Shown here piece after piece: positions 13,927 through 23,348 of a stretch of 32,000 nucleotides of DNA. The stretch is taken from positions 18,603-50,602 of the forward strand of contig SFIM01000013.1 of NCBI GenBank assembly GCA_004556155.1, in the 5' to 3' direction. How positions within the stretch are numbered: position 1 is the stretch's first letter; every line of letters begins with the position of its first letter. Made by a program: the position numbers and the translations under genes. The notes beneath the pieces were generated by a model that saw nothing but the letters and a program-made list of their open reading frames with translations, searched no databases and was not told the DNA's origin. This DNA comes from Clostridiales bacterium (GTDB lineage Bacteria > Bacillota > Clostridia > Christensenellales > Aristaeellaceae).

Positions 13927-16719
13927 TCAGCCAAAGGCGCGGGCGTTGAGGGCCTGCTCCAGGCGCTTTAGCTTCCAGGGAGCCAGGGGCGAGAAGGGGA
14001 AGGAGCGCAGCTGGCGCAATGACATCTTTTGGATATCCTTGACGGCCTTCAATTCGGTCAGCTCGGGTGCGATGGTCAATATCTCCTCGCGCAGATCATC
14101 GTGCTTGAGCAGCTGCTCAAAGGGCACGTCCAGCAGCAGCCTTCCCGAATAGGGCGCGGCGCACACGCAATGGAAGGCATAGCTGCCGCTTTCCAGCACA
14201 GCGTGCAGGCAGCCGTCGGCCTGCTCCTGCCAGTCCGCGTCGCTGCCCGTCACCGTGCCCAGGGGCAGCACGGCCTCGGCCTGCGCGCCAAAGGGCACCT
14301 CGAGCTCCCAATCGAAGGTCGTTTCATCCACCGTTTTCCAGTGGGTGCGGTACCGTCCCATGGCGGATTCATAGCTGAAATCGATTTCACCCAGGCGCGT
14401 ATCGGGATGCGGATGCATCAGCGCCTTGCGGAAGCCCGGCGCATCCTCCATGGGAGCCAGCCCCGCCGCGTCGCGGCACACCCACTCCATCACCGCGCCG
14501 TAGGCGTAATGGTTGAGCGAGTTCATGCCGGTGCTGGACATATGGCCGTCAGGCATCACGGAGTTCCAGCGCTCCCACACGGTGGTAGCGCCCATGTTCA
14601 CCTCATACAGCCAGCCGGGGTAGCTTTCATTCAGAAACAGCGTGTAGGCCAGGTGGTTAAAGCCCGCCTGCGTGAGCACGCTGCACAGATAGGCCGTGCC
14701 CACAAAGCCCGTGCGCAGCTCGTTCCGGGCGTTTTCAAACAGGCGATCCAGCGCGGCCTTGAGGATGGGCGTGTCGGACTCGGGCATCAGCCCCAGGAAC
14801 AGCGACAGGATGTGCGCCGTCTGGGTGTTGACGGTCAGCCCGCCCTTAGGGGCGCGGTAGGTTTGGCGGATGGCGGCAAGAATCTCCTGCTCCAGGGCGG
14901 CGTAGCGTGCAGCGTCGGGCGCGTAGCCCAGGATGGCGGCGGCCTTGCGCGTCAGGCGCGTGGAGTACAGATAGAAGGCCGAGGCGATGAAATCGGGATC
15001 GGTGCCGCCCGTGCAGGAGGCTGGGAAGGCCGCATCCAGCGCCAGCCAGTCGGCAAAGTGGAAGCCCGCCTGCCACAGGCGATGGTCGCCCGTCTCGTGA
15101 TCGACGCGATGAATCCACTCCACCCACAGCTTCATATTGTCGTATTGCTCGCGCAGCAGGGCGGTATCGCCGAAGAACTGATATACCGTCCAGGGGATGA
15201 TGCTGCCCGCGTCCGCCCAGGCGCAGGCAGGGGAGCCCTGCATGCCAAAGGAGGGCACCACGTGCGGCACGCCGCCGCCGCGCTCGCGCTGCTCAAAGGC
15301 CATATCGCGCATGAACTTGGCGTAGAAGGCCGCGCTGCTCATCTGGTAGCAGGCGGTGGCGCAGAACACCTGCGCGTCGCCCGTCCAGCCCATGCGCTCG
15401 TCGCGCTGGGGGCAATCGGTGGGCACATCCACAAAGTTGCCGCGCTGCCCCCACAGGGCGTTTTCGCACAGGCGGTTCACCTTGTCGCTGGCGGTGCGGA
15501 TGAAGGCCGTCTGCTCCATATCGGAATAGAGCACGCAGCCCACAAAGTCATGCAGGTCGATTTCCTCCCCAAAGCCCTCCAGCTGGATATACCGGAAGCC
15601 GAAGAAGGTGAAGTGCGGCCGCGCCCAGGCCTCCTGCCCATCGCAGATGTAGGTAAAGGTCTGCCTGGCGGTGCGCAGGTTATCGGTATAGAAGCAGCCG
15701 TCCTGCAGGATTTCGCCATAGCGCAGGGTGTAGGTATGGCCGCGCTCGGCGGCTGCGCGGAAGGTGACAAAGCCCGTGATTTCCTGCCCCATATCCAGCA
15801 CGGTTTCGCCTGCGGGCGTATGCAGCACGGCGGCGGGGCGCAACGTCAGCATGGCGCGCACAGGCGGGCTCATGCGCGGGCGCAGCAGGCCTGTATCCAT
15901 ATCGGGCAGCAGGCGCGCGGGCAGAGCGGCGGACAGGGGCTTGGAGGCGTCCCAGGTTTCGCCGTCATAAATATTGGAAAACAGCACGGGCGATTCGCCG
16001 CAGCGCCAGGTATCGTCCGAGGGAATGATGATCTCCGCGCCGTTATCCAGCGCCGCGTGCAATTCGCAGATCAGCGCCTGCGTATTGCCGAAGATTTCCT
16101 TCTGCCCCTGGAAGCCAAAGCGCCCCTTGTACCAGCCGTCGCCCAGCAGCACGGCGATTTCATTGTCCTCCGCCAGCAGGTCGGTCACATCGTAGGTTTG
16201 ATATTGCAGCCAGCTGTCGTATTTGTTGCAGCCGGGGGCCAGGTATTCGTCGCCTGCCTTCTGGCCGTTGATAAAGGCCTCGTACAGACCCAGGCCGCAG
16301 ATATACAGCCGCGCGGAGAGCACCCGCCCGGGCAGGGCAAAGCGCTTGACCAGCCGCGCGTTGGCAATCTCCCTGGGCGCGGCGATCCACTGCCCCAGCC
16401 AGGGCTCCTGCTGCTTGGCGGTTTCAAACCACGCGCGCGGGCTGAGCGCCGTTTCGCCGGTATCGGCGGTTACGGCGACGTCCCAGGTATAGCGCGTACG
16501 CGGGGACAGCGGAATATCGGGCGCAAAGCACAGGCTGTCGATATCCTGCCGCGTGCCCGAATCGTAAACCACGCTTTCATCCGGGCCGTACACCCGCACA
16601 CGGGCGGACTGCTGGCGCTTGCCGCCCTCGCAGGCGACCTTATAGGAAAAGCGCAGGGGGGTCAGATCAAAGCCCAGCGGGCGCGCGATGTGATTGACCT
16701 GCATGCCGTATACTCGCAT
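13927..16719 (-). CDS. alpha-L-rhamnosidase (GH78)
   Basis: 930-aa protein with the typical GH78 N-terminal beta-sandwich and six-hairpin catalytic-region sequence (e.g. DVPTDCPQRDERMGWTGDAQVF). Rhamnose-gene context. Confidence 0.9.
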   Translation of the reverse strand: MRVYGMQVNHIARPLGFDLTPLRFSYKVACEGGKRQQSARVRVYGPDESVVYDSGTRQDIDSLCFAPDIPLSPRTRYTWDVAVTADTGETALSPRAWFETAKQQEPWLGQWIAAPREIANARLVKRFALPGRVLSARLYICGLGLYEAFINGQKAGDEYLAPGCNKYDSWLQYQTYDVTDLLAEDNEIAVLLGDGWYKGRFGFQGQKEIFGNTQALICELHAALDNGAEIIIPSDDTWRCGESPVLFSNIYDGETWDASKPLSAALPARLLPDMDTGLLRPRMSPPVRAMLTLRPAAVLHTPAGETVLDMGQEITGFVTFRAAAERGHTYTLRYGEILQDGCFYTDNLRTARQTFTYICDGQEAWARPHFTFFGFRYIQLEGFGEEIDLHDFVGCVLYSDMEQTAFIRTASDKVNRLCENALWGQRGNFVDVPTDCPQRDERMGWTGDAQVFCATACYQMSSAAFYAKFMRDMAFEQRERGGGVPHVVPSFGMQGSPACAWADAGSIIPWTVYQFFGDTALLREQYDNMKLWVEWIHRVDHETGDHRLWQAGFHFADWLALDAAFPASCTGGTDPDFIASAFYLYSTRLTRKAAAILGYAPDAARYAALEQEILAAIRQTYRAPKGGLTVNTQTAHILSLFLGLMPESDTPILKAALDRLFENARNELRTGFVGTAYLCSVLTQAGFNHLAYTLFLNESYPGWLYEVNMGATTVWERWNSVMPDGHMSSTGMNSLNHYAYGAVMEWVCRDAAGLAPMEDAPGFRKALMHPHPDTRLGEIDFSYESAMGRYRTHWKTVDETTFDWELEVPFGAQAEAVLPLGTVTGSDADWQEQADGCLHAVLESGSYAFHCVCAAPYSGRLLLDVPFEQLLKHDDLREEILTIAPELTELKAVKDIQKMSLRQLRSFPFSPLAPWKLKRLEQALNARAFG

Positions 16720-16734
16720 GGTGATGCCTCCTTA

Positions 16735-17601
16735 TTATTGCGCGGCAAAGGGATCCGCGCAGAAAATATCAATGTTGCCACCATCCAGGGTGATGCGGTA
16801 GGTGCCGTCCTTCGCAATTACGTGGCGGCGCACGCCCAGGCGGCGCATCTCCTCCCGCACGCGCAGAATATCCCAGACGCCCGAATCGTAGCCCCGGCGA
16901 CCCTGGTTGTTATCCCACAGCCATTTGGGCGCGCACCACAGGCACACCTGCGGGCGGATGGCATGGTACACATCCATGCGCACGGCGCTTTGCCCATGAT
17001 GACCCATCTGCACGATATCGCTTTGCAGCGCGTCCCCATGCATGCGCAGCAGCTTTTCGCCGCCCTCCACGCCCAGATCGCCCAGAAACAGCGTGCGCAC
17101 GCCCTCGCTGGTCATGCGCAGCACGCAGGAGGAATTGTTGGAGGCGTTGCGGGTAAAGGCAGGATCGCTGGTATAGAGCACATCCCAGGCCGTGCCGTCG
17201 ATGTCCAGATGCTCGCCCTCGCGCAGGATATGCTCCCGGCTGCCGATCTGCGATCGCAGCGCCTGATAGCCGTCCCAGGCGGGCAGGCTGCGCGGCTCGC
17301 CGATTTCCAGCACCCGGCGCTCGGGATAGTGCAGGTACAGCGCGTCCAGCGAAAAGGCTTCGTGGCGATTTTGCAATAGATCGTAGAGCGCGTACACATG
17401 GTCGGAGTGCGGGTGGGTGAGAAACCACGCCTTCACCCTGGGACGATTGCCGCCCAGGCGGCGCAGCAGATACAGCAGGTAATCCGCGTCCCCCGCCGTG
17501 CCGCCGTCAATGACGATCAGCGAATCGCCGGGGGTTTTGATCACATAGCCCATCATCTGCGTGTGCGTCTGCGGGGCCAGCTGATAGATTTCACAGGGCA
17601 T
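16735..17601 (-). CDS. MBL-fold metallo-hydrolase
   Basis: HPHSDHVYAL (HxHxDH) together with a later MGHHG motif. AAAGGAG RBS. The stop lies 15 nt upstream of the rhamnosidase start. Confidence 0.85.
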   Translation of the reverse strand: MPCEIYQLAPQTHTQMMGYVIKTPGDSLIVIDGGTAGDADYLLYLLRRLGGNRPRVKAWFLTHPHSDHVYALYDLLQNRHEAFSLDALYLHYPERRVLEIGEPRSLPAWDGYQALRSQIGSREHILREGEHLDIDGTAWDVLYTSDPAFTRNASNNSSCVLRMTSEGVRTLFLGDLGVEGGEKLLRMHGDALQSDIVQMGHHGQSAVRMDVYHAIRPQVCLWCAPKWLWDNNQGRRGYDSGVWDILRVREEMRRLGVRRHVIAKDGTYRITLDGGNIDIFCADPFAAQ

Positions 17602-17625
17602 GGTAAAGCTCCTTTATGATAGATT

Positions 17626-17868
17626 GGCGGGGATGGGAGGACGGCAACTCATTCGTCTCGCGTTTGGGAGAAGGCTTTTATGGTTGTGCGGTTTTCATGC
17701 TGGTTGCCGTTCTATTCAACAATCGCAAATAGATACGAACAACCAATGCATCCAAGCATGCCCCCGTGGCACGCCGATGCAATCGACTTTCACGTCACAC
17801 ATAGGTTCTTTGTTACTTTCTTCACTGAAGAAAGTAACGTATCCCTCGTCCCCCGTCTCCTATCCTTC
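17626..17868. repeat. element C: 243-bp internally deleted member of the same repeat family
   Basis: The right part (17775-17868) matches the terminal module of A and B: the GTGTGACGTGAAAGTCGATTG block, AAAGAACC, the 27-bp palindrome 17811-17837, and the C-rich/ACG-purine tract. GCCCCCGTGGCAC (17759-17771) matches the core stem. The left end keeps the G-rich tract GGGGATGGGAGGACGG. Confidence 0.7.
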
Positions 17869-17870
17869 AT

Positions 17871-17904
17871 CAGAAAATGGGGACGCCGCCAGGTGCCGCG
17901 CCCC
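17871..17904 (-). terminator. terminator-like hairpin just after rhaD
   Basis: The minus strand reads GGGGGCGC...GCGUCCCC followed by AUUUUCU, 9 nt after the rhaD stop. Confidence 0.5.
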
Positions 17905-17912
17905 CAATCAAA

Positions 17913-18737
17913 TCAATCCAGAAACTCCTCGCGCAGCGTTACGCCAAATTCCTTGGCGATGGCGCGCAGATCATCGTCCGTGATGGTCTGCAGCACAGGC
18001 TTGCCGCTGGCAAGCACCAGCATGTAAATCTGCGCCGCCTTTTCAATGGTGTGCATCAGGCCAAAGGCCGTGTCAAAGTCCGGCCCGGATACAAACAGCC
18101 CGTGGTGCGCCCATACCGCCGCGTCATACTCGCGCATCAGCCTGCTGGTGGCCAGGGCGATATCGCGCCCGCCGGGCACCATCCAGGGCACCGCGCCCAC
18201 GCCGCCGGGGAAAACCACAGGGCACTCGGTGGCGCTTTGCCAGAGCGCGCGGGTGAAATCGCGCGCCGTCAGGGGCAGGATGTAGGTCATGGCGATTACA
18301 TTGGCCGGGTGCGCGTGATAGATCACGCGGCACGCGCCGCCCGTGGCCGCCTTGCGCACGGAATGGTTGAGAAAATGGCTGGGGAACTCGCTGGTGGGGC
18401 GGCCGCCCTTTTCCAGCCCCCATACAATGCGCCAGGCGTCGCCCGCCGCGTTGATTTCCACAATGCAGCAGGTATCCTGCATAGCGCGCTGCACATGGCG
18501 GAAATACTTGCCGCTGCCGGTGGCGATGAAATACTCGCCGCGCAGGTTATCGGCCTGCACGTCCATCTGTACCCATTTGCCGGGCACGGCGCGGAAGAAG
18601 GGGCGCAGCTGATCCACCTCCTCAGCCGTCATGCGATAGGTGAGGTTGCCGCCGTTGCGCTCGTGCCAGCCCTGCTGCCAGCCATCGTCGCACACGCGGG
18701 CAAAGGACTGCATCACTTCAAAATCGGTTGCTTTCAT
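17913..18737 (-). CDS. rhaD: rhamnulose-1-phosphate aldolase
   Basis: GWHERNGGNLTYRM and the class II aldolase His ligands (HAHP...HHG) align with RhaD. Confidence 0.92.
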   Translation of the reverse strand: MKATDFEVMQSFARVCDDGWQQGWHERNGGNLTYRMTAEEVDQLRPFFRAVPGKWVQMDVQADNLRGEYFIATGSGKYFRHVQRAMQDTCCIVEINAAGDAWRIVWGLEKGGRPTSEFPSHFLNHSVRKAATGGACRVIYHAHPANVIAMTYILPLTARDFTRALWQSATECPVVFPGGVGAVPWMVPGGRDIALATSRLMREYDAAVWAHHGLFVSGPDFDTAFGLMHTIEKAAQIYMLVLASGKPVLQTITDDDLRAIAKEFGVTLREEFLD

Positions 18738-18743
18738 CTGTGC

Positions 18744-19985
18744 TTACTTCCTTTCGGCAAGAGCCTGCCGTTCATATTGCTGCACGGCGGACAGCCATTT
18801 TTCATTTTCGGGCACATCCTGGCGGCGGCAGTATTCCGCCCACACCTCGCCCCAGGGCAAGGATTTGTATTCCTCCTGCAGAGCCAGCAGCTCGGTAAAG
18901 CGGCAGGCGTTTTGCAATTCGGCCAGCGCCTGATGCGGGGTCAGCAGGGCCAGCAGCAGCGCCTTTTGCATATTGCGCGTGCCGATCACCCATGCGGCCA
19001 CGCGGTTGATGGAGCCGTCAAAGAAATCCAGGCCGATCAGCGCCTTATCGCAGGCGTTGCAGCGCACGATTTCATCGGCAATGCCGCGCAGGTCGTCCGT
19101 CAGCGTGACCACATGGTCGCTGTCCCAGTGCATGGGGCGGGTTACGTGCAGCGGCAGCTTATCGTAGAAGGCCAGCTGCGCGGGGATTTTGTCCGCGATG
19201 GACTCCTCAGGGTGGTAATGGCCGCTGTCCATCAGGTTATATACGCCGGGATGCGTGGCGGCGTAGTTGGCGTAAAACTCCGCCGAGCCCACGGTGTAGG
19301 CCTCCAGGCCGATGCCGAAGAATTTGCTTTCCACGCTGTCGATCACGCCGGGCAGGGGCTCGGCAAAGATCTGATCCAGGCTGTCGCGCAGGCGCAGGCG
19401 CGGGGATAGCCGGTCGGCGGGCACGTCCTTGTAGCCGTCGGGAATCCAGATATTGCACAGGCAGTGCGTGCCCAGCTCGCGCGCAAAATACGCGGCGATA
19501 CGGCGGCAGGCCACAGCATGGCGGATCCAGTAGGCGCGCACCGCCTCATCGGGGCTGGACAGGGTAAGGTTATCCTTGACCATCGGGTGGGAGAAGAACG
19601 TGGGGTTAAAATCCAGGCCGATCTGATGCGCCTTGGCAAACGCCACCCAGGGGACGAAGTGCTCGGGGCGCAGCTGATCGCGCTTGCCCTCGCCGCCGAT
19701 GGCGTAGCTGGCGTGCAGGTTCAGCCGCTTGCAGCCGGGAATCAGCGACAGCGCGGTTTCAAAATCGCGCGTCAGCTCCTCAAACGTGCGGGCGCGGCCG
19801 GGATAATTGCCCGTCACCTGGATGCCGCCGTCCAGCGCGCCGCCCAGGCTTTCCAGGCCGGTCACGTCGTCGCCCTGCCAGCAGTGAATGCTCACGGGAA
19901 TGGACGCGAGCGTTTGCAGGGCCTTTTCCGTATCTATGCCAATGTCCGCGTAGCGGCGCAGGGCCAGCTGATAGCCTTCGTTCAT
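18744..19985 (-). CDS. rhaA: L-rhamnose isomerase
   Basis: ALQTLASIPVSIHCWQGDDVTG and WDSDHVV are RhaA hallmarks. Confidence 0.93.
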   Translation of the reverse strand: MNEGYQLALRRYADIGIDTEKALQTLASIPVSIHCWQGDDVTGLESLGGALDGGIQVTGNYPGRARTFEELTRDFETALSLIPGCKRLNLHASYAIGGEGKRDQLRPEHFVPWVAFAKAHQIGLDFNPTFFSHPMVKDNLTLSSPDEAVRAYWIRHAVACRRIAAYFARELGTHCLCNIWIPDGYKDVPADRLSPRLRLRDSLDQIFAEPLPGVIDSVESKFFGIGLEAYTVGSAEFYANYAATHPGVYNLMDSGHYHPEESIADKIPAQLAFYDKLPLHVTRPMHWDSDHVVTLTDDLRGIADEIVRCNACDKALIGLDFFDGSINRVAAWVIGTRNMQKALLLALLTPHQALAELQNACRFTELLALQEEYKSLPWGEVWAEYCRRQDVPENEKWLSAVQQYERQALAERK

Positions 19986-20062
19986 GGGAAATCTCTCCTT
20001 TAGTCAAAGCTGAGGTTCGCTATCCTTTATTGTACAGAAAACAGCGCGGCGGGAAAGGACGT

Positions 20063-21040
20063 TTATCGCCTTTCGTCGCAACCTGAATTAACCCGCCAGG
20101 CGCTGGGAGACATGCCCGTGGCCGACTCGAAGATGCGGTAAAAATAGCTGCTGTTGCTGTAGCCCACCGCCGCGCAGATTTCCATCACGCTCAGGTCGGT
20201 TTCGCGCAGCATGCGCTTGGCCTTTTCAATGCGCCGCTCCTGCAGCAGCGCGGTGCAGTTTTTGCCGGTAGCCTCCTTGAGCACCTTGCACAGATAGGCG
20301 GAGGACACATGCTTGCGCCGGGCGAAATCGCGCAGCACAAAATCAGCATAGTTCTGGCGGATTTCCTGCAGCAGCTCGATGACCACCAGGTTTTCCTGAT
20401 GCGTGGCGGCGGGCATACGCATGCATTCCGGCCGGCTGAGCAGGTGCAGAAACAGCAGCCCCATCTCGGTGCGGCGAATTTGCAGGCCGGCGGCCTTGGG
20501 CGCGATGAGCGAATGCACAATGCTTTGCAGCAGCCACTGGATCTCGCTGATCTCGGCCACGCGGAAGTGCAGGTAGGCCATGTCCTGCTCATAATTGCGC
20601 AGCGCGTCCAGCAGGAATCTGCCCAGCACGTTATGGGTGCCGATCATATCGGGCACAAAATCCAGAAACTCCTGCTGGATCAGGAAGTTGACCGCGATGT
20701 CGTTTTCCCCGCACCGGGCGATGCTGTGCGCGCTGTGGCGGTTGATCAGCAGCAGCTCGCCCGCCTGCAGGCGCACCGTGCTGCCGTCGGGCATGCCGTG
20801 CAGCGTTTCGCCCTGCAGCATATACATCATTTCCACATAGTCGTGCCAGTGCATGGGAAAATCGGCAAAGCGCGTATGCGGCCGTAGCGAGATCATCTGC
20901 CGCGAGGGCACAAAGCGCTCGCCCTCCACGATGAAGGCGCTGCGGTCGGTATAGCGTCCCTGCGCCAGGGGTTCGCCGCGCAGCAGGCTTTCTTCCTCCT
21001 GCGTATGGGGCGCGAAAAAGCGAATCAGGCTGTCGTCCAT
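20063..21040 (-). CDS. AraC-family regulator with N-terminal cupin (RhaR/RhaS-like)
   Basis: Cupin segment (FADFPMHWHDYVEMMYMLQGE) plus a C-terminal double HTH (ICAAVGYSNSSYFYRIFESATGMSPSAWR). It is adjacent to rhaA. Confidence 0.9.
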   Translation of the reverse strand: MDDSLIRFFAPHTQEEESLLRGEPLAQGRYTDRSAFIVEGERFVPSRQMISLRPHTRFADFPMHWHDYVEMMYMLQGETLHGMPDGSTVRLQAGELLLINRHSAHSIARCGENDIAVNFLIQQEFLDFVPDMIGTHNVLGRFLLDALRNYEQDMAYLHFRVAEISEIQWLLQSIVHSLIAPKAAGLQIRRTEMGLLFLHLLSRPECMRMPAATHQENLVVIELLQEIRQNYADFVLRDFARRKHVSSAYLCKVLKEATGKNCTALLQERRIEKAKRMLRETDLSVMEICAAVGYSNSSYFYRIFESATGMSPSAWRVNSGCDERR

Positions 21041-21055
21041 GCGTGGGCTCCTTTC

Positions 21056-21898
21056 GGGGAGGGGATGGGGAACGAGTGGGGAGGACGAAAGGGAACGTTC
21101 CTTTCTTCAGTGAAGAAAGGAACAAAGAACCGATGTGTGACGTGAAAGCCGATTGAATAAAACTGAAAGGCAGGACTGCTACCCCGCCCCCATGGTCGTG
21201 CTGCGCACGACCTGCGCTGATCTGCGATCAGCGTGCCACGGGGGCGTGGTTGGGTGCGGGAAGTCTTGCGCAGCGATTGACGTCTGTTGGAAAAACGCGC
21301 TCACCAAAAGGCTTCTCCTTGAGGAGAGGCTCCGCCGCAGGCGGTGGTGAGGTGTAGGCTGCGAAGCAGCCGTTATCAAAACAATATAAGGACTACGCCG
21401 CTGCGGCGGCTACGACCCTCACAATTCGGCATAATCGTTTTGCAACGCTGACGCTTGCAAAACTCGTTGCCTCATTGGCGCTGCATCTGGCACAGAGGCG
21501 GATTACGCGCCTCATCAGTCAGGACAAGCCTGACAGCTTCCCCTCCAAGGGGAAGCCTTTTGGTGGCCGCGCTCTCTATATGTAAAAAACTGCGTTTCCC
21601 TTCATCCGCTTCGCTATGCTCAGCACCAGTCGCCCAACCGCCGTCTGCGGGGCAGCAGACAGCGCAGCTGGATGCCAGGGCTGGCGAAGCCAGACCAAGG
21701 GGGAAAGCGAAGGGATGACTGGGCGGAGCTTGCTCCAGACCAGGCAGCGCAAGCTTTTCCCTGCCCCGCAGAAACCTGCGTCCCCTTCCAGTTTTATTTC
21801 AGCAGCTTTCACGTCACACGCAGCTTTCTTTGGTACTTTCTTGGGCTCCAAGAAAGTACCGTCCTCTTCGTCCTTTTCGTCTCCTCGTCTCCCCGTCC
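21056..21898. repeat. element B: 843-bp full-length member of the repeat family
   Basis: The termini are inverted: a G-rich tract from 21056 and a C-rich tract to 21898. The palindromes are at 21097-21123 and 21832-21860. The 44-nt core block 21199-21242 differs at only 2 positions from 7351-7394. Each arm carries a CACCAAAAGGCTTC-hairpin module (21301-21331 and 21537-21567). The central ~200 bp is a string of tri-loop hairpins. Confidence 0.85.
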
Positions 21899-22366
21899 TT
21901 ACCCCGGATACTCCGTCCGCGCGTGCTCGGTCAGCTCGCGCAGATAGCGGGCGATGTAGAACTTGGCCATGTCCAGGTTCTGCTCCTGATAGTTGCCGCA
22001 TTCCTCGGGGCGCGCGCCGGGGATATCGCCCGAAAAGCCCAGGATGAAACGGCACATGTCGATCACCAGCGGCAGCGCTTCCTGCGCGCTGACCTCGCCG
22101 AAAAGAATCAGATAAAAGCCCGTGCGGCAGCCCATGGGGCCAAAATAAACAATCCGATCCCTTTGCGCGCCCGAGCGCAGAAAGGTTGCCCCCAGGTGCT
22201 CGATGGTGTGAATGGCCGGGGTATCCATCACCGGCTCGCGGTTGGGCGCGGTCAGGCGCAGATCAAAGGTGGTTACGCGCCCATCCCCCTGCCCGTCGCG
22301 GCGCGATACGTATACGCCGGGCAGCAGGCGGGTGTGATCAATGGTGAAGCTGGCGATCTTTTCCAT
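21899..22366 (-). CDS. luxS: S-ribosylhomocysteine lyase
   Basis: The HTIEHL metal motif and GCRTGFY are present. GGAGGA RBS inside the end of the upstream gene. Confidence 0.95.
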   Translation of the reverse strand: MEKIASFTIDHTRLLPGVYVSRRDGQGDGRVTTFDLRLTAPNREPVMDTPAIHTIEHLGATFLRSGAQRDRIVYFGPMGCRTGFYLILFGEVSAQEALPLVIDMCRFILGFSGDIPGARPEECGNYQEQNLDMAKFYIARYLRELTEHARTEYPG

Positions 22367-22367
22367 C

Positions 22368-23153
22368 TTATTTGTCCTCCAGATGGAAGGCCGCGCGCAT
22401 GTTGGCCAGGTTGGCCTGCGCGCCAGCCATGATGTATTTCACATCGTAGCCCGAGGACAGCATGCGTACCCCGCGATCATACCAGGAGCGCATGGCTTTT
22501 TCATCCGCCAGGCCCAGCGATACGCCCGCCACCTTGCCCGCGGCGTTGATCTTGGCAATGGCCTCGTCTATCACCGCGCGCACCTCGGGATCGTTGGTCT
22601 GCCCCAGCTTGCCCATGGAGCCGGATAGATCGTTGGGGCCAAAGATGAATGCGTCGATCGCGTCGATGGTCAAAATCTTGTCCAGCTCGCGGATGGCGCC
22701 CATTTCCTCAATCTGGATAAAGCGCAGCAGGGTATCGTCCACCGTGGCGCGGTAATCCGCCCCGTTGATGGTGCCAAAGCGATAGGCGCGCCAGGGGCCG
22801 TAGCCGCGCACCCCGCGCGGGGGATACATGCACGCCTCCATGGCGCGCGCCGCATCGTCATAGCCGCAGATCATGGGAAAAATAATGCCGTCTGCGCCCG
22901 CGTCCAGCACGGGCTTGGCCAGGATGGGATCGTTGGCCGGGATGCGCACGATGGCGTTAATTCCGGACGCGCGCGCGGCGATCAGCTGACCCAGCAGCCG
23001 CTCGGTGTTGATGACCGAGTGCTCCATATCAATCCACAGATAATCATAGGGCAGATACCCCATCATTTCGGTAACAACAGCCTCGTTGAGGGATACATGG
23101 GTGCCAATGCACATTTCATGGCGGCACAGCTTGGCTTTCATATCGGTTTTCAT
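22368..23153 (-). CDS. HpcH/HpaI-family aldolase (2-keto-3-deoxy-sugar-acid aldolase-like)
   Basis: YLWIDMEHS, AIVRIP and GADGIIFPMI are typical of HpcH/YfaU aldolases. Start chosen at the ATG at 23153, after AAGGAG. Confidence 0.85.
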   Translation of the reverse strand: MKTDMKAKLCRHEMCIGTHVSLNEAVVTEMMGYLPYDYLWIDMEHSVINTERLLGQLIAARASGINAIVRIPANDPILAKPVLDAGADGIIFPMICGYDDAARAMEACMYPPRGVRGYGPWRAYRFGTINGADYRATVDDTLLRFIQIEEMGAIRELDKILTIDAIDAFIFGPNDLSGSMGKLGQTNDPEVRAVIDEAIAKINAAGKVAGVSLGLADEKAMRSWYDRGVRMLSSGYDVKYIMAGAQANLANMRAAFHLEDK

Positions 23154-23348
23154 GGCGCGGTTCTCCTTTGGTATATTCAAGCAAAATGATCAACTGCATT
23201 ATATCACAGCGCCGGACGTTGTCAAGAAAGCAGGTAAACTCAGGTTGCGGCGCGCGGCAACCCGCGTCCTTGCGGGAAAAGGAAAAGCCTGCTATACTGA
23301 TAATCTGGTATAAAAATGCGAATGATTTTATACATAACGGAGGGCCTT

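Noticed and set aside
14029-17379. 1116-aa plus-strand ORF, the longest in the track
   Set aside because: It is antisense to the GH78 rhamnosidase and MBL genes, which have clear family signatures. Its product is Ala/Gly/Arg/His/Gln-rich low-complexity sequence, typical of shadow frames in high-GC DNA, and it has no RBS.
17877-19409. 510-aa plus-strand ORF, and similar ones at 12586-13782, 2247-3239 (-), 4703-5548 (-), 6197-7078 (+) and 8497-9240 (-)
   Set aside because: All overlap confidently identified genes on the opposite strand or in another frame (rhaD/rhaA, rhaB, XRE/HD, yebC, sigG, spoIIGA). All have low-complexity GC-driven composition.
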